Positions 26,367-35,445 of a stretch of DNA of 64,000 nt are shown here, one piece after another. This stretch comes from an uncultured Bacilli bacterium (GTDB taxonomy: Bacteria; Bacillota_I; Bacilli_A; RF39; UBA660): NCBI GenBank assembly GCA_910584085.1, contig CAJTZY010000002.1, positions 61,043 to 125,042 on the forward strand, written 5' to 3'. The notes under the pieces were generated by a model. The model worked only from the letters and a program-made list of their open reading frames with translations. It did not search any database and had not been told where the DNA came from. Numbering within the stretch: position 1 is the first letter of the stretch; the number at the start of each line of letters is the position of its first letter. The translations under genes were made by a program, and so were the position numbers.

Positions 26367-28508
26367 ATGCCAGAGTTACTTGCTCCAGTTGGAAATATGG
26401 AATGTTTAAGAGCAGCAATAAATGCAGGTTGTGATGCAGTTTATATGGCTGGTAGGAATTTTGGTGCTAGAAGTTTTGCTGGTAATTTTTCACATGATGA
26501 GTTAATAACTGCTGTAAATACTTGTCATTTATACGGTGTAAAAGTGTATATAACTGTAAATACACTAATACTTGACACAGAAGTTGATAGATTTATGGAT
26601 TATATCGATTTTATACATAAGATAGGTGTAGATGCCGTTATAATGCAGGACATTGGAATGATAGATTTAGTTAGAAAAACTTATCCTAATTTAGAAATAC
26701 ATGCCTCAACACAGATGCACATTCATAATTTAGAAGGTGTTAAATTATGTGAGAAGCTTGGAATAAAGAGAGTAGTTCTTGCACGTGAAACTCCTATAGA
26801 GCTAGTTAATGAAATAAAAAAGAATACTAATCTAGAAATTGAAATATTTATTCATGGTGCCCTTTGTATGAGTTATTCTGGTGAGTGTTTGATGAGCGCA
26901 CTTATAGGAAATAGAAGTGGAAATCGTGGAACATGTGCCCAAAGTTGTAGACAATCTTATAGTTTAGAAATAGATGGAAAACTTGTAGAAAAGGATAAAT
27001 ATTTACTTAGTACTAAGGATTTAAATACACTAGAAAATATCCATGAATTAATAGATATGGGTATTCATAGTTTAAAAATTGAGGGTAGAATGAAAAGGTC
27101 AGAATATGTGTATTTAGTTACAAGTATATATAGAAGAGCAATTGATAATTATAAAAATTATGGCGAAACTAAAATAACTGATACAGATATTAAAAATATA
27201 AAGAAAATATTTAATAGGCAATTTACTAAAGGGTTTCTATTTAATGAAGAAAATGATTTATATGTAAATACTTATAGACCAAATCATATGGGAATTAATA
27301 TAGGAGAGGTAATAGATTATAAAAATGGAAAAGTTACTATTAAACTTAGTGATGATTTAAATATAAATGATGGAATTAGAATAATAGGGTGTAAGGATTT
27401 TGGTTTTAATGTAACAGTAATGTATAAAAATGGTAACATGATTGAGTTTGCTAGAAAGAGTGATATAGTAACTATACCTATAAAAGAAAAAGTAGATTGT
27501 AAAAGTGAGGTAGTAAAAACTACTGATTTTAGAGAGTTAAAAGATATAGCAGAAAAAATTAGGATTAATAAAAGAATTAATATAAATATTAAATGCGTAC
27601 TTAAAATAGGTGAACCTATAAAATTAATATTAGATGATGGCGTAAATGTTATAGAAGATATTAGTGACTATATTGTAGAGGGCGCTATTAAAAATGAAAC
27701 AACAGCTGATATGGTTTATGAGCAAATCAATAGATTAGGAGATACAATTTATAAACTTGATAATTTTGAGATAATAAAAGATGAGTGCATATTTATTCCA
27801 ATATCTAAGTTAAATGAGTTAAGAAGAAAAGTTATACACACTTTAAATGAAAAAAGAATGTACAAAACAAATTATAAAAAGTCTAATTATGAGATATGTG
27901 TGGATAACTTTAAAAGGGAATGCAAAAAGACTGTACAAATAAGTACTTATGAACAATATTTAAATATTTTAGATAAGTTTGACACAATATATGTGGATAA
28001 CTACTCTTTATTTAATAAATTAGATGACAAAAGGTGTGTATTAAAACTAAATAGAGTAATCGAACATTTAAAAGATTATGATATGAGGCTATTAGTTAGT
28101 GAGCTTGGTAGTGTTTATAAATATAAAGATATAGATACTGATTTCTCACTTAACGTTACTAATTCATATAGTGTTGCTTTTTTGCACAGTATTGGTGTAA
28201 ATAAGGTTACATTATCTTGTGAATTAAATTACAAACAAATAAAAAAATTAGTAAGTGCTTATGAAAATAGATATAATAAGCATCCAAATCTGGAAGTTAT
28301 AGTAGAAGCTAATGTAGAAGCTATGATTTCTAAATATAATATGTTAAAAAAATATAATAAAAAAAGTGGATATTTAATTGATAGATTTGGTAATAAGTAT
28401 AAAATTGTAGTTTGCGATGGACTTATGCACATATATGACTATAAAAGAAGAAAATTAGAAGAAAACTACTTTGAAATAGGCATTAATAATACTCGTATAA
28501 ATTTATAA
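26367..28508 (+). CDS. peptidase U32 family protein (collagenase-like, long form with C-terminal extension)
   Basis: MPELLAPVGNMECLRAAINAGCDAVYMAG and GRMKRSEY, typical of U32. About 714 aa. A hairpin terminator ATAGAGTTAAATCTCTATTTTT follows at 28512-28535. Confidence 0.8.
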   Translation: MPELLAPVGNMECLRAAINAGCDAVYMAGRNFGARSFAGNFSHDELITAVNTCHLYGVKVYITVNTLILDTEVDRFMDYIDFIHKIGVDAVIMQDIGMIDLVRKTYPNLEIHASTQMHIHNLEGVKLCEKLGIKRVVLARETPIELVNEIKKNTNLEIEIFIHGALCMSYSGECLMSALIGNRSGNRGTCAQSCRQSYSLEIDGKLVEKDKYLLSTKDLNTLENIHELIDMGIHSLKIEGRMKRSEYVYLVTSIYRRAIDNYKNYGETKITDTDIKNIKKIFNRQFTKGFLFNEENDLYVNTYRPNHMGINIGEVIDYKNGKVTIKLSDDLNINDGIRIIGCKDFGFNVTVMYKNGNMIEFARKSDIVTIPIKEKVDCKSEVVKTTDFRELKDIAEKIRINKRININIKCVLKIGEPIKLILDDGVNVIEDISDYIVEGAIKNETTADMVYEQINRLGDTIYKLDNFEIIKDECIFIPISKLNELRRKVIHTLNEKRMYKTNYKKSNYEICVDNFKRECKKTVQISTYEQYLNILDKFDTIYVDNYSLFNKLDDKRCVLKLNRVIEHLKDYDMRLLVSELGSVYKYKDIDTDFSLNVTNSYSVAFLHSIGVNKVTLSCELNYKQIKKLVSAYENRYNKHPNLEVIVEANVEAMISKYNMLKKYNKKSGYLIDRFGNKYKIVVCDGLMHIYDYKRRKLEENYFEIGINNTRINL

Positions 28509-28601
28509 GGATAGAGTTAAATCTCTATTTTTCTTAATATGTATTGAATTATAAAAGAATCTAGTGTATTCTTATATCAGTGGATGAAACGTAGGTGAAT
28601 T

Positions 28602-30461
28602 ATGTATTATAAAATAAGTAATGGTAGTGTTACCCTAAATGGAAACACTATATTAGAAGACATTAATTTTTACATAAAGGATAATGATAAAATAGGTATA
28701 GTGGGTAGAAATGGTAGTGGTAAAACTACACTTCTTAAAGCAATAACTGGTGAAATAGAGTTAGAAGATGGGTATTCTGATTTAAAAATAGAAAGTGTTG
28801 GAAGCTATAAATTAGGCTATGTTAAACAACAAATAGAGGATAATCTAAATGTAACAATGCTTGATTTCATAAAAGATGCTTATACTGAGATATTAAATAC
28901 AGAGGAAAAATTAAAAAGAATAGAAGATTTAATGTCTAAAGAATATGCTGAAAAAGAAATAAATAAATATAATTCTTTACTTAGTTATTATGAATTTATT
29001 GGTGGATATACATATAAAAAAGAATATGAAACTGCTATAAAAAAATTTGGGTTTAGTGAGGAAGATAAAAATAAATCTTTAAGTGAATTTTCAGGTGGTG
29101 AGTTAACCAAAATATCACTAATTAAATTACTTTTAAGTAAACCTGATTTACTTATTCTTGATGAGCCTACTAATCATCTTGATATAACGACTATTGAATG
29201 GCTAGAAGAATATTTGAAAAATTATAGTAAAAATATAATTATAGTCAGTCACGATAGGATGTTTTTAGATAATATTTGTAATGTTATATATGATATAGAA
29301 TATGGAACATTAAAAAGATATAGTGGTAATTATACCTATTTTGTTAAGAAAAAAGAGGAAGACTATTTAAAACAAGTAAAAGATTATGAGATGCAACAAA
29401 GTGAAATAAAGAGGTTGCAGATGATTGCAGATAGATTTAGATACAAACCTAGTAAAGCAAAATCCGCAATGTCAAAATTAAAACAAATAGAGAGAATGGT
29501 CAAAATTGATAAACCAGTTAAATCTAATACAAAAACATTTAAAGTTAATTTTAATCCTAAAGTAGATAGTTATAAAGAGGTTTTAAAAGTTAAAAATTTA
29601 TCTATTGGTTATGATAAAGTATTAAGTCAAATGTCCTTTAATGTAGAACGCGGCGATAAATTAGGCATTATTGGTATGAATGGAATAGGTAAAAGTACAT
29701 TACTTAAAACTATTGTTGGAATTAATAAGCCATTAGGTGGTAAATATGTATATGGAGATAGGGTAAATATAGGATATTTTTCTCAAAATTTAGATAATTT
29801 AAATTCTGATAATACGATATATGAAGAAATAGATAAAGAGTTTCCTAGTATGACACCAAACGAAATTAGAAATCTTCTTGGATCATTTGAATTTGGTGGG
29901 GATGATGTATTTAAGAAAATTAGTGACTTATCTGGTGGAGAGAAAGTTAGGGTAAGTTTAGCTAAAATACTAAATAATAAACCTAATGTTTTAATACTAG
30001 ATGAACCTACCAATCATTTAGATATAATAAGTAAAGATACTATAGAAAAACTTTTAATTGATTTTAAGGGAACAGTAATCATGGTAAGCCACGATAGATA
30101 TTTGATAAAAAATGTATGTGATAAATTATTAGTATTTAATGAATCTTCAGTTGATTATTATAATTATGGTTATGAGGAATACTTAAGAGGAAATAATCAA
30201 AATAAAGTAAAAGATAATAATATAGTTAACATAAAAAGTGAAGGAAATATTTCTTATAGAGGAAAAAGTGACACTAAAAAAAATAGAAAAAAAATAGAAA
30301 ATGAAATAGAAAAACTTGAAAATAGAGTACGTCTTTTAAATGATGAATTATTAAAAGAAGAAATATATATGGATATAAATAAATATGCACAAATACAAAA
30401 AGAAATAGAAAAATTAAATGAAGAAATAGAAACAAAAATGGAAGAGTGGTTAGGATACTGA
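28602..30461 (+). CDS. ABC-F family ATPase (Uup/YfmR-like, C-terminal coiled coil)
   Basis: Two ABC cassettes (GRNGSGKTT...LSGGE...LILDEPTNHLD, twice) and no TM domain. Lys/Glu-rich C-terminal coiled coil. Confidence 0.8.
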   Translation: MYYKISNGSVTLNGNTILEDINFYIKDNDKIGIVGRNGSGKTTLLKAITGEIELEDGYSDLKIESVGSYKLGYVKQQIEDNLNVTMLDFIKDAYTEILNTEEKLKRIEDLMSKEYAEKEINKYNSLLSYYEFIGGYTYKKEYETAIKKFGFSEEDKNKSLSEFSGGELTKISLIKLLLSKPDLLILDEPTNHLDITTIEWLEEYLKNYSKNIIIVSHDRMFLDNICNVIYDIEYGTLKRYSGNYTYFVKKKEEDYLKQVKDYEMQQSEIKRLQMIADRFRYKPSKAKSAMSKLKQIERMVKIDKPVKSNTKTFKVNFNPKVDSYKEVLKVKNLSIGYDKVLSQMSFNVERGDKLGIIGMNGIGKSTLLKTIVGINKPLGGKYVYGDRVNIGYFSQNLDNLNSDNTIYEEIDKEFPSMTPNEIRNLLGSFEFGGDDVFKKISDLSGGEKVRVSLAKILNNKPNVLILDEPTNHLDIISKDTIEKLLIDFKGTVIMVSHDRYLIKNVCDKLLVFNESSVDYYNYGYEEYLRGNNQNKVKDNNIVNIKSEGNISYRGKSDTKKNRKKIENEIEKLENRVRLLNDELLKEEIYMDINKYAQIQKEIEKLNEEIETKMEEWLGY

Positions 30462-30551
30462 TAGTTATTGTTAATTAAATTAAGATGTTTTTTGTTATAT
30501 GTGATATAATAAGTTTATAAATATAATATTATTTGGAGTGTGATTATTTTT

Positions 30552-30983
30552 ATGAAAGAATTATTAATTAAATACAAAGAAATAATTAATTATTTAATAT
30601 TTGGCGTTTTAACTACATTAATTAGTTTAATTACTTATTATGCTTTAACTTTTACAATGTTAAATCCAAATTCAAGTATTGAACTACAAATAGCCAATAT
30701 TATTTCATGGTGTGTGGGAGTATTATTTGCATATTTTACAAATAGAAAATTTGTATTTAATAGTAAAAATAATGATAGATTAAAAGAATTTATTACCTTT
30801 ACTGGTGCTAGAGTAACAACATTAATTTTAGATATGTTAATTATGTTTATATTTGTAACTACTCTTAAATTTAACGATAAAATATTTAAGTTAATAAGTC
30901 AAGTACTTGTAGTTATTGGAAATTATATACTAAGTAAGTTAATTGTATTTAAAAGGAGTAATCATGAAAAAAATAATAGATAA
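30552..30983 (+). CDS. GtrA-family small membrane protein (polyprenyl-phosphate-sugar flippase-like)
   Basis: 143 aa with 4 predicted TM segments and the GtrA-like pattern; sits at the head of the GT-C/GT2 genes. Confidence 0.6.
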   Translation: MKELLIKYKEIINYLIFGVLTTLISLITYYALTFTMLNPNSSIELQIANIISWCVGVLFAYFTNRKFVFNSKNNDRLKEFITFTGARVTTLILDMLIMFIFVTTLKFNDKIFKLISQVLVVIGNYILSKLIVFKRSNHEKNNR

Positions 30984-33036
30984 AATAGTAAGTATTGGAT
31001 ATAAAATAATGTTAGTATTTATGATTGTTTGTTTTTCTATATCACTCATAGGTGCGGTATTTTTTTATGTAAATAGAAGCCATAATTATTTGAATCCAGT
31101 GGCACTTATAATTGGCTCTATAATTTATTTACTTTTAATAATTAAACTATATAGATTTATTATAAAACTTAACAGCAGAACAAAAAGAATAGTATTTATA
31201 GTTTTATTAATACTACAGTTTATACTTTTGTTTTTAAGTTCACAGATAATAAGCAGTGTGCCTAAAGTAGACTTAATACATGTTTTAACTGAGATTAATA
31301 ATTTAAATGATAATGGTAAAATATTAAATAATAATTACTTTTCAGTATACCCAAATAATAGATTTTTAGTAATAATTTTATATATAATTCAAAAAATACC
31401 TATAGATAATCATATATTATTTGGAATATTTAGTAGTTTATGTATTACAGTTATGTCACTTTTTACATATAAGACTGTCCTTAGAATATCTGATGATTCA
31501 AAAGCATTATTAAGCTTATTTATATGTGTATTTTCCCCAATATTTTATCTTTATGTATCCTATTATTATACAGATATTTTGATGCTTCCACTAGCTAGTA
31601 TTTTAATTTATTTAATGATTAAAGTTAAAGATAGTGATAATACAAAGACTAATATTATATATGGAATTTTAATTGGTATAATTGCTGTTTTAGGCTATAA
31701 AATAAGAGCCGTATGTATATTTATTTTATTTGCTTATATAATTTATATTTTTATTCAAAAAAGAGGTAGTATTTTTAAAAAACTTACTCCAATATTAATG
31801 GGTTTGATAATATCCCTTGTATGTATTAAATTTATAGATAGTAGTTTTTTTCCACATATAAACAAAAATAAAGAATTTCCTATGACACACTGGATTATGA
31901 TGGGAGTAAATGAAAAGACTAATGGCTATTATAATCACTCTGATTATAAACTAAGTGCAGCAGAAAAAACAGTTGGTGATAGAACTAAACTAAATATAGA
32001 AATTATAAAAGATAGGTTAAGTGATCAAGGTGTACTTAAAACAGGAAAATTATTAATTTCTAAACTTGTAACAGTTTGGGGAAAAGGAGATTATAGTTAT
32101 CAAAAGTATTTAGATTTAGTTAAAGATTATAATATATCCTATAGGTATTTGGTTGAAGATAAAAATATAGTTATTAATTATGTATTACAGTTTTCTAAAA
32201 TTACAATTTTAGTATTATGTATTATTTCTTTTGTTAAATTATATAAAACAAAAAAAATATCATTTATGGCTATTTCAATATTTGGAGCAATTATTTTTTA
32301 TCTAATTTGGGAAGTATGTCCAAGATATGGATTATCATTTCTTCCATGGCTTATACTTTTGTCTTCATATTCATATGACTCCATAAATATAAACTTTAGT
32401 AAATTTAAAATTTATAAGTATATTAAATATTTACTTGTAATACTTACTATTATTTTATTTGGAGTGGGATTTAATAAATATACAAGTGTTGATTTAAAAA
32501 ATAGTATAGTATCAAAATCTACTGCTAATAAGGTTAGATATATTAATTTAAATGAAAATATTATTATTAATCAAGGTTTAAAATTAAATAGCAAATTTAA
32601 TGAGATAAAATTAAAATTTAAAATAAATGAAAGTGATACTAGTGAAGATAGAATATTTAAATTAGAACTAAGGGATGAAAAAAATAATGTAGTATATGAA
32701 AGAGATTTTGCTGTAAATGATATAAAAAATGATAAATATACAACATTTAAGTTAGATAAGTATTATAATAAAGGTAATTACAGTATTAGGCTTAGTTCAA
32801 ATATAAATAGTAAAGTAGATGCATATGTATCATATAAAAAAGAATATGATTACTACCCAAGCGGGGTATTAAAAGTAAATGGAAATATTGAAACTGGGGA
32901 CTTAATGTTTGAAGTAAGTAACCATGAACTTCGTTCAATTTATAGTTATTTTGAATATATAATTATATTTATTTTAACAATAGGAATAGAGTATGTAGTG
33001 TTATTTAGGGGAAAGGAAGAAGTATATGAAAAATAA
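30964..33036 (+). CDS. polytopic GT-C-fold glycosyltransferase (ArnT/PMT/YfhO-like) with a C-terminal extracytoplasmic domain
   Basis: About 12 TM helices over roughly 450 aa, then a soluble domain. AAGGAGT RBS at the ATG at 30964. Overlaps its neighbours. Confidence 0.6.
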   Translation: MKKIIDKIVSIGYKIMLVFMIVCFSISLIGAVFFYVNRSHNYLNPVALIIGSIIYLLLIIKLYRFIIKLNSRTKRIVFIVLLILQFILLFLSSQIISSVPKVDLIHVLTEINNLNDNGKILNNNYFSVYPNNRFLVIILYIIQKIPIDNHILFGIFSSLCITVMSLFTYKTVLRISDDSKALLSLFICVFSPIFYLYVSYYYTDILMLPLASILIYLMIKVKDSDNTKTNIIYGILIGIIAVLGYKIRAVCIFILFAYIIYIFIQKRGSIFKKLTPILMGLIISLVCIKFIDSSFFPHINKNKEFPMTHWIMMGVNEKTNGYYNHSDYKLSAAEKTVGDRTKLNIEIIKDRLSDQGVLKTGKLLISKLVTVWGKGDYSYQKYLDLVKDYNISYRYLVEDKNIVINYVLQFSKITILVLCIISFVKLYKTKKISFMAISIFGAIIFYLIWEVCPRYGLSFLPWLILLSSYSYDSININFSKFKIYKYIKYLLVILTIILFGVGFNKYTSVDLKNSIVSKSTANKVRYINLNENIIINQGLKLNSKFNEIKLKFKINESDTSEDRIFKLELRDEKNNVVYERDFAVNDIKNDKYTTFKLDKYYNKGNYSIRLSSNINSKVDAYVSYKKEYDYYPSGVLKVNGNIETGDLMFEVSNHELRSIYSYFEYIIIFILTIGIEYVVLFRGKEEVYEK

Positions 33037-33976
33037 ACCAATATTAAATTTAGTTATACCATGTTATAACGAAGAAGAGGCCTTACCAATAACTCGTAGT
33101 GAGTTAGATAGAAAGATGAATGAATTAATTGATAATGGACTTATTAGTAAACATAGTAAAGTTGTTTTAGTAAATGATGGTTCTCGTGATAAGACATGGG
33201 AAATTATAGAAAAACTACACAAAGAAAATGATATGTATGTTGGAATCAATTTGTCTAGAAATAGGGGCCATCAAAATGCGCTACTTGCGGGACTTATGTA
33301 TGCTAAGGAGCACTCTCATATAAGTATTAGTATGGATGCAGATCTTCAAGATGATATTAATGTAATGGATGATATGATTAAAAAATATAATGAAGGTGCA
33401 GATATAGTTTACGGTGTACGCAACTCAAGAAAGAAAGATACCTTTTTTAAAAAATTTACTGCCGAGGGATTTTATAAGTTCATGGGTGTTATGGGTGTTG
33501 AAATAGTATTTAACCATGCTGATTGTAGACTTATGAGTAAACGTGCACTTGAGGGACTTAGCGAGTATAATGAAGTAAATTTATTTTTAAGGGGTATAGT
33601 GCCTCAAGTTGGGTATAAAACAGATATTGCTTACTATGAGAGGAATGAGAGAGTTGCAGGTACTTCAAAATATCCATTAAAAAAAATGTTATCATTTGCA
33701 ATAGATGGAATAACATCTTGCAGTATTAAACCACTTAGAATGATTACATCTATAGGCTTTATAATCTTATTATTAAGCTTTATTGTTCTAATTTATTCAT
33801 GTATTATGAAAATAATAGGCAATACAGTATCTGGTTGGACTTTTATAGTTTGTTCAATTTGGCTAATCGGTGCTATTCAAACTTTATGTTTAGGAGTAAT
33901 TGGCGAATATATTGGGAAAATATATAATGAAACAAAGAAGAGACCTAGATACATTATTGAAAGTATATTGGATTAA
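33026..33976 (+). CDS. GT2 polyprenyl-phosphate glycosyltransferase (GtrB/CsbB-like)
   Basis: LVIPCYNEEEALP...VNDGSRDKTWEI...DADLQDD with two C-terminal TM helices. Confidence 0.8.
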   Translation: MKNKPILNLVIPCYNEEEALPITRSELDRKMNELIDNGLISKHSKVVLVNDGSRDKTWEIIEKLHKENDMYVGINLSRNRGHQNALLAGLMYAKEHSHISISMDADLQDDINVMDDMIKKYNEGADIVYGVRNSRKKDTFFKKFTAEGFYKFMGVMGVEIVFNHADCRLMSKRALEGLSEYNEVNLFLRGIVPQVGYKTDIAYYERNERVAGTSKYPLKKMLSFAIDGITSCSIKPLRMITSIGFIILLLSFIVLIYSCIMKIIGNTVSGWTFIVCSIWLIGAIQTLCLGVIGEYIGKIYNETKKRPRYIIESILD

Positions 33977-33987
33977 GTAGAGATTAT

Positions 33988-34911
33988 ATGATACAAGAAG
34001 AATTTGAAATAAAGGATAATGTACTTGTAAAATATCATGAACAAAAAGGAAAAACAAAGGTAGTTATACCAGATGGTGTTATTGAAATAAAGAATGGTGC
34101 ATTCTCTAATTGTATAAATTTAATTGATATAACAATACCAAATAGTGTAAAAGAAATAGGTATGCATTGTTTTTATAACTGTAGTAATTTAAGGAATATA
34201 AAATTACCAGATAAGTTAGAATTTATTTGGAATGGATTATTCCATGGGTGTACAAGTTTAAGTACCATAACACTTCCAAAAAGTGTAACATATATAGGAG
34301 ATCAAGCATTTGACGGTTGTGAAAATTTAACAAGTATAGTAATACCAGATACAGTAACAGATATAAGGGATTTTGCGTTTTGGGATTGTAAAAAACTCGT
34401 AGAGATAACCCTACCAAATAGTATATCAAATATGGGGTGCATGGTATTTGATGGTTGTGAAAATTTAAAAAAGATTAATATATCTTCATATAAGACATTT
34501 TATTTGATTGATCGTAACTTAGATGCAATCGCACTAAATACTATAATAAAAAATAAGCAACAATTTAGTGAAGAAGAGATAACTAAATTTAAAGAATATA
34601 TAATAGAAAATAAAATGTATCTTATAAAGCATATTTTAAAAAATGATGACCTACTAGATTTACTAAACTATATGCTAAATAATATGGGACTAGTTTATAC
34701 TAAGGAAGAAGTAGATTCAATATTAAATGAAGTTATTAATTTGAATGAAGTCAATAATAAAGCAGAAATCACTGGTATGTTCCTTGAATATAAAAAGAGA
34801 AATTTTGGATTTGAAAATCCATTAGATGAATTTGATTTGGGTGAGCTTAATAATGAAGAAATAAACTTGAACAATGATGAAGACGAAAATAAAAAAGGAA
34901 GGTTGATATAA
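33988..34911 (+). CDS. BspA-type leucine-rich-repeat protein (no signal peptide evident)
   Basis: Repeated IPNSVKEIGxxCFxNCxNLxxIxLP units, about 6 of them. Confidence 0.7.
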   Translation: MIQEEFEIKDNVLVKYHEQKGKTKVVIPDGVIEIKNGAFSNCINLIDITIPNSVKEIGMHCFYNCSNLRNIKLPDKLEFIWNGLFHGCTSLSTITLPKSVTYIGDQAFDGCENLTSIVIPDTVTDIRDFAFWDCKKLVEITLPNSISNMGCMVFDGCENLKKINISSYKTFYLIDRNLDAIALNTIIKNKQQFSEEEITKFKEYIIENKMYLIKHILKNDDLLDLLNYMLNNMGLVYTKEEVDSILNEVINLNEVNNKAEITGMFLEYKKRNFGFENPLDEFDLGELNNEEINLNNDEDENKKGRLI

Positions 34912-34913
34912 AA

Positions 34914-35330
34914 ATGAATAGTGAAGTTGAGGTTTTAAGAAAAAAGGATATAAGTAGTTATATAGATTTTATTAAAGATACATTTGAGTATGAGGCTTTA
35001 AGTGAAGTTATAGAAAAACTTATTAGAAAAAATAAGGTATTAATAATCAAAAAAGAAAAAAGAGTAATTGCTTCAGTAACTTTAGAAGAAAGAATAGATT
35101 ATGTTAAGAATCAAAAATATTATTTTTTAAGTTATTTTGGAGTACTTGCAGAATATAGAAGACAGGGGTATGCATCAAAATTATTTGAAAAAGTTGAAGA
35201 GATGGTTCGTGAAAATGGAATCAATTATATCGAACTTACTTCTGGTAACCAAAGAAGAGGTGCACATTACTTCTATAAAAGTAAAGAATTTAAAATAAAA
35301 GATACAACTGTATTTGTAAAATTGTATTAA
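34914..35330 (+). CDS. GNAT family N-acetyltransferase
   Basis: RRQGYASKLFEKVEEMVRENG, the acetyl-CoA-binding motif A region. Confidence 0.7.
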   Translation: MNSEVEVLRKKDISSYIDFIKDTFEYEALSEVIEKLIRKNKVLIIKKEKRVIASVTLEERIDYVKNQKYYFLSYFGVLAEYRRQGYASKLFEKVEEMVRENGINYIELTSGNQRRGAHYFYKSKEFKIKDTTVFVKLY

Positions 35331-35445
35331 AAATTAGTTAAAAATGTGGAATTTTGAAAGAAATTTCATTTTTTTTCATTTTTTTTCCGAAAAAAAAAGG
35401 AAATCGGAAACTTTTGTCGAATAATATAAGTAAGGAGGTGATAAT

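Noticed and set aside
28509-28601. ABC-F leader considered for an attenuation leader peptide (ARE-type regulation)
   Set aside because: No small leader ORF or alternative terminator/antiterminator pair. Only the upstream gene's terminator hairpin was found, so a housekeeping ABC-F is favoured.
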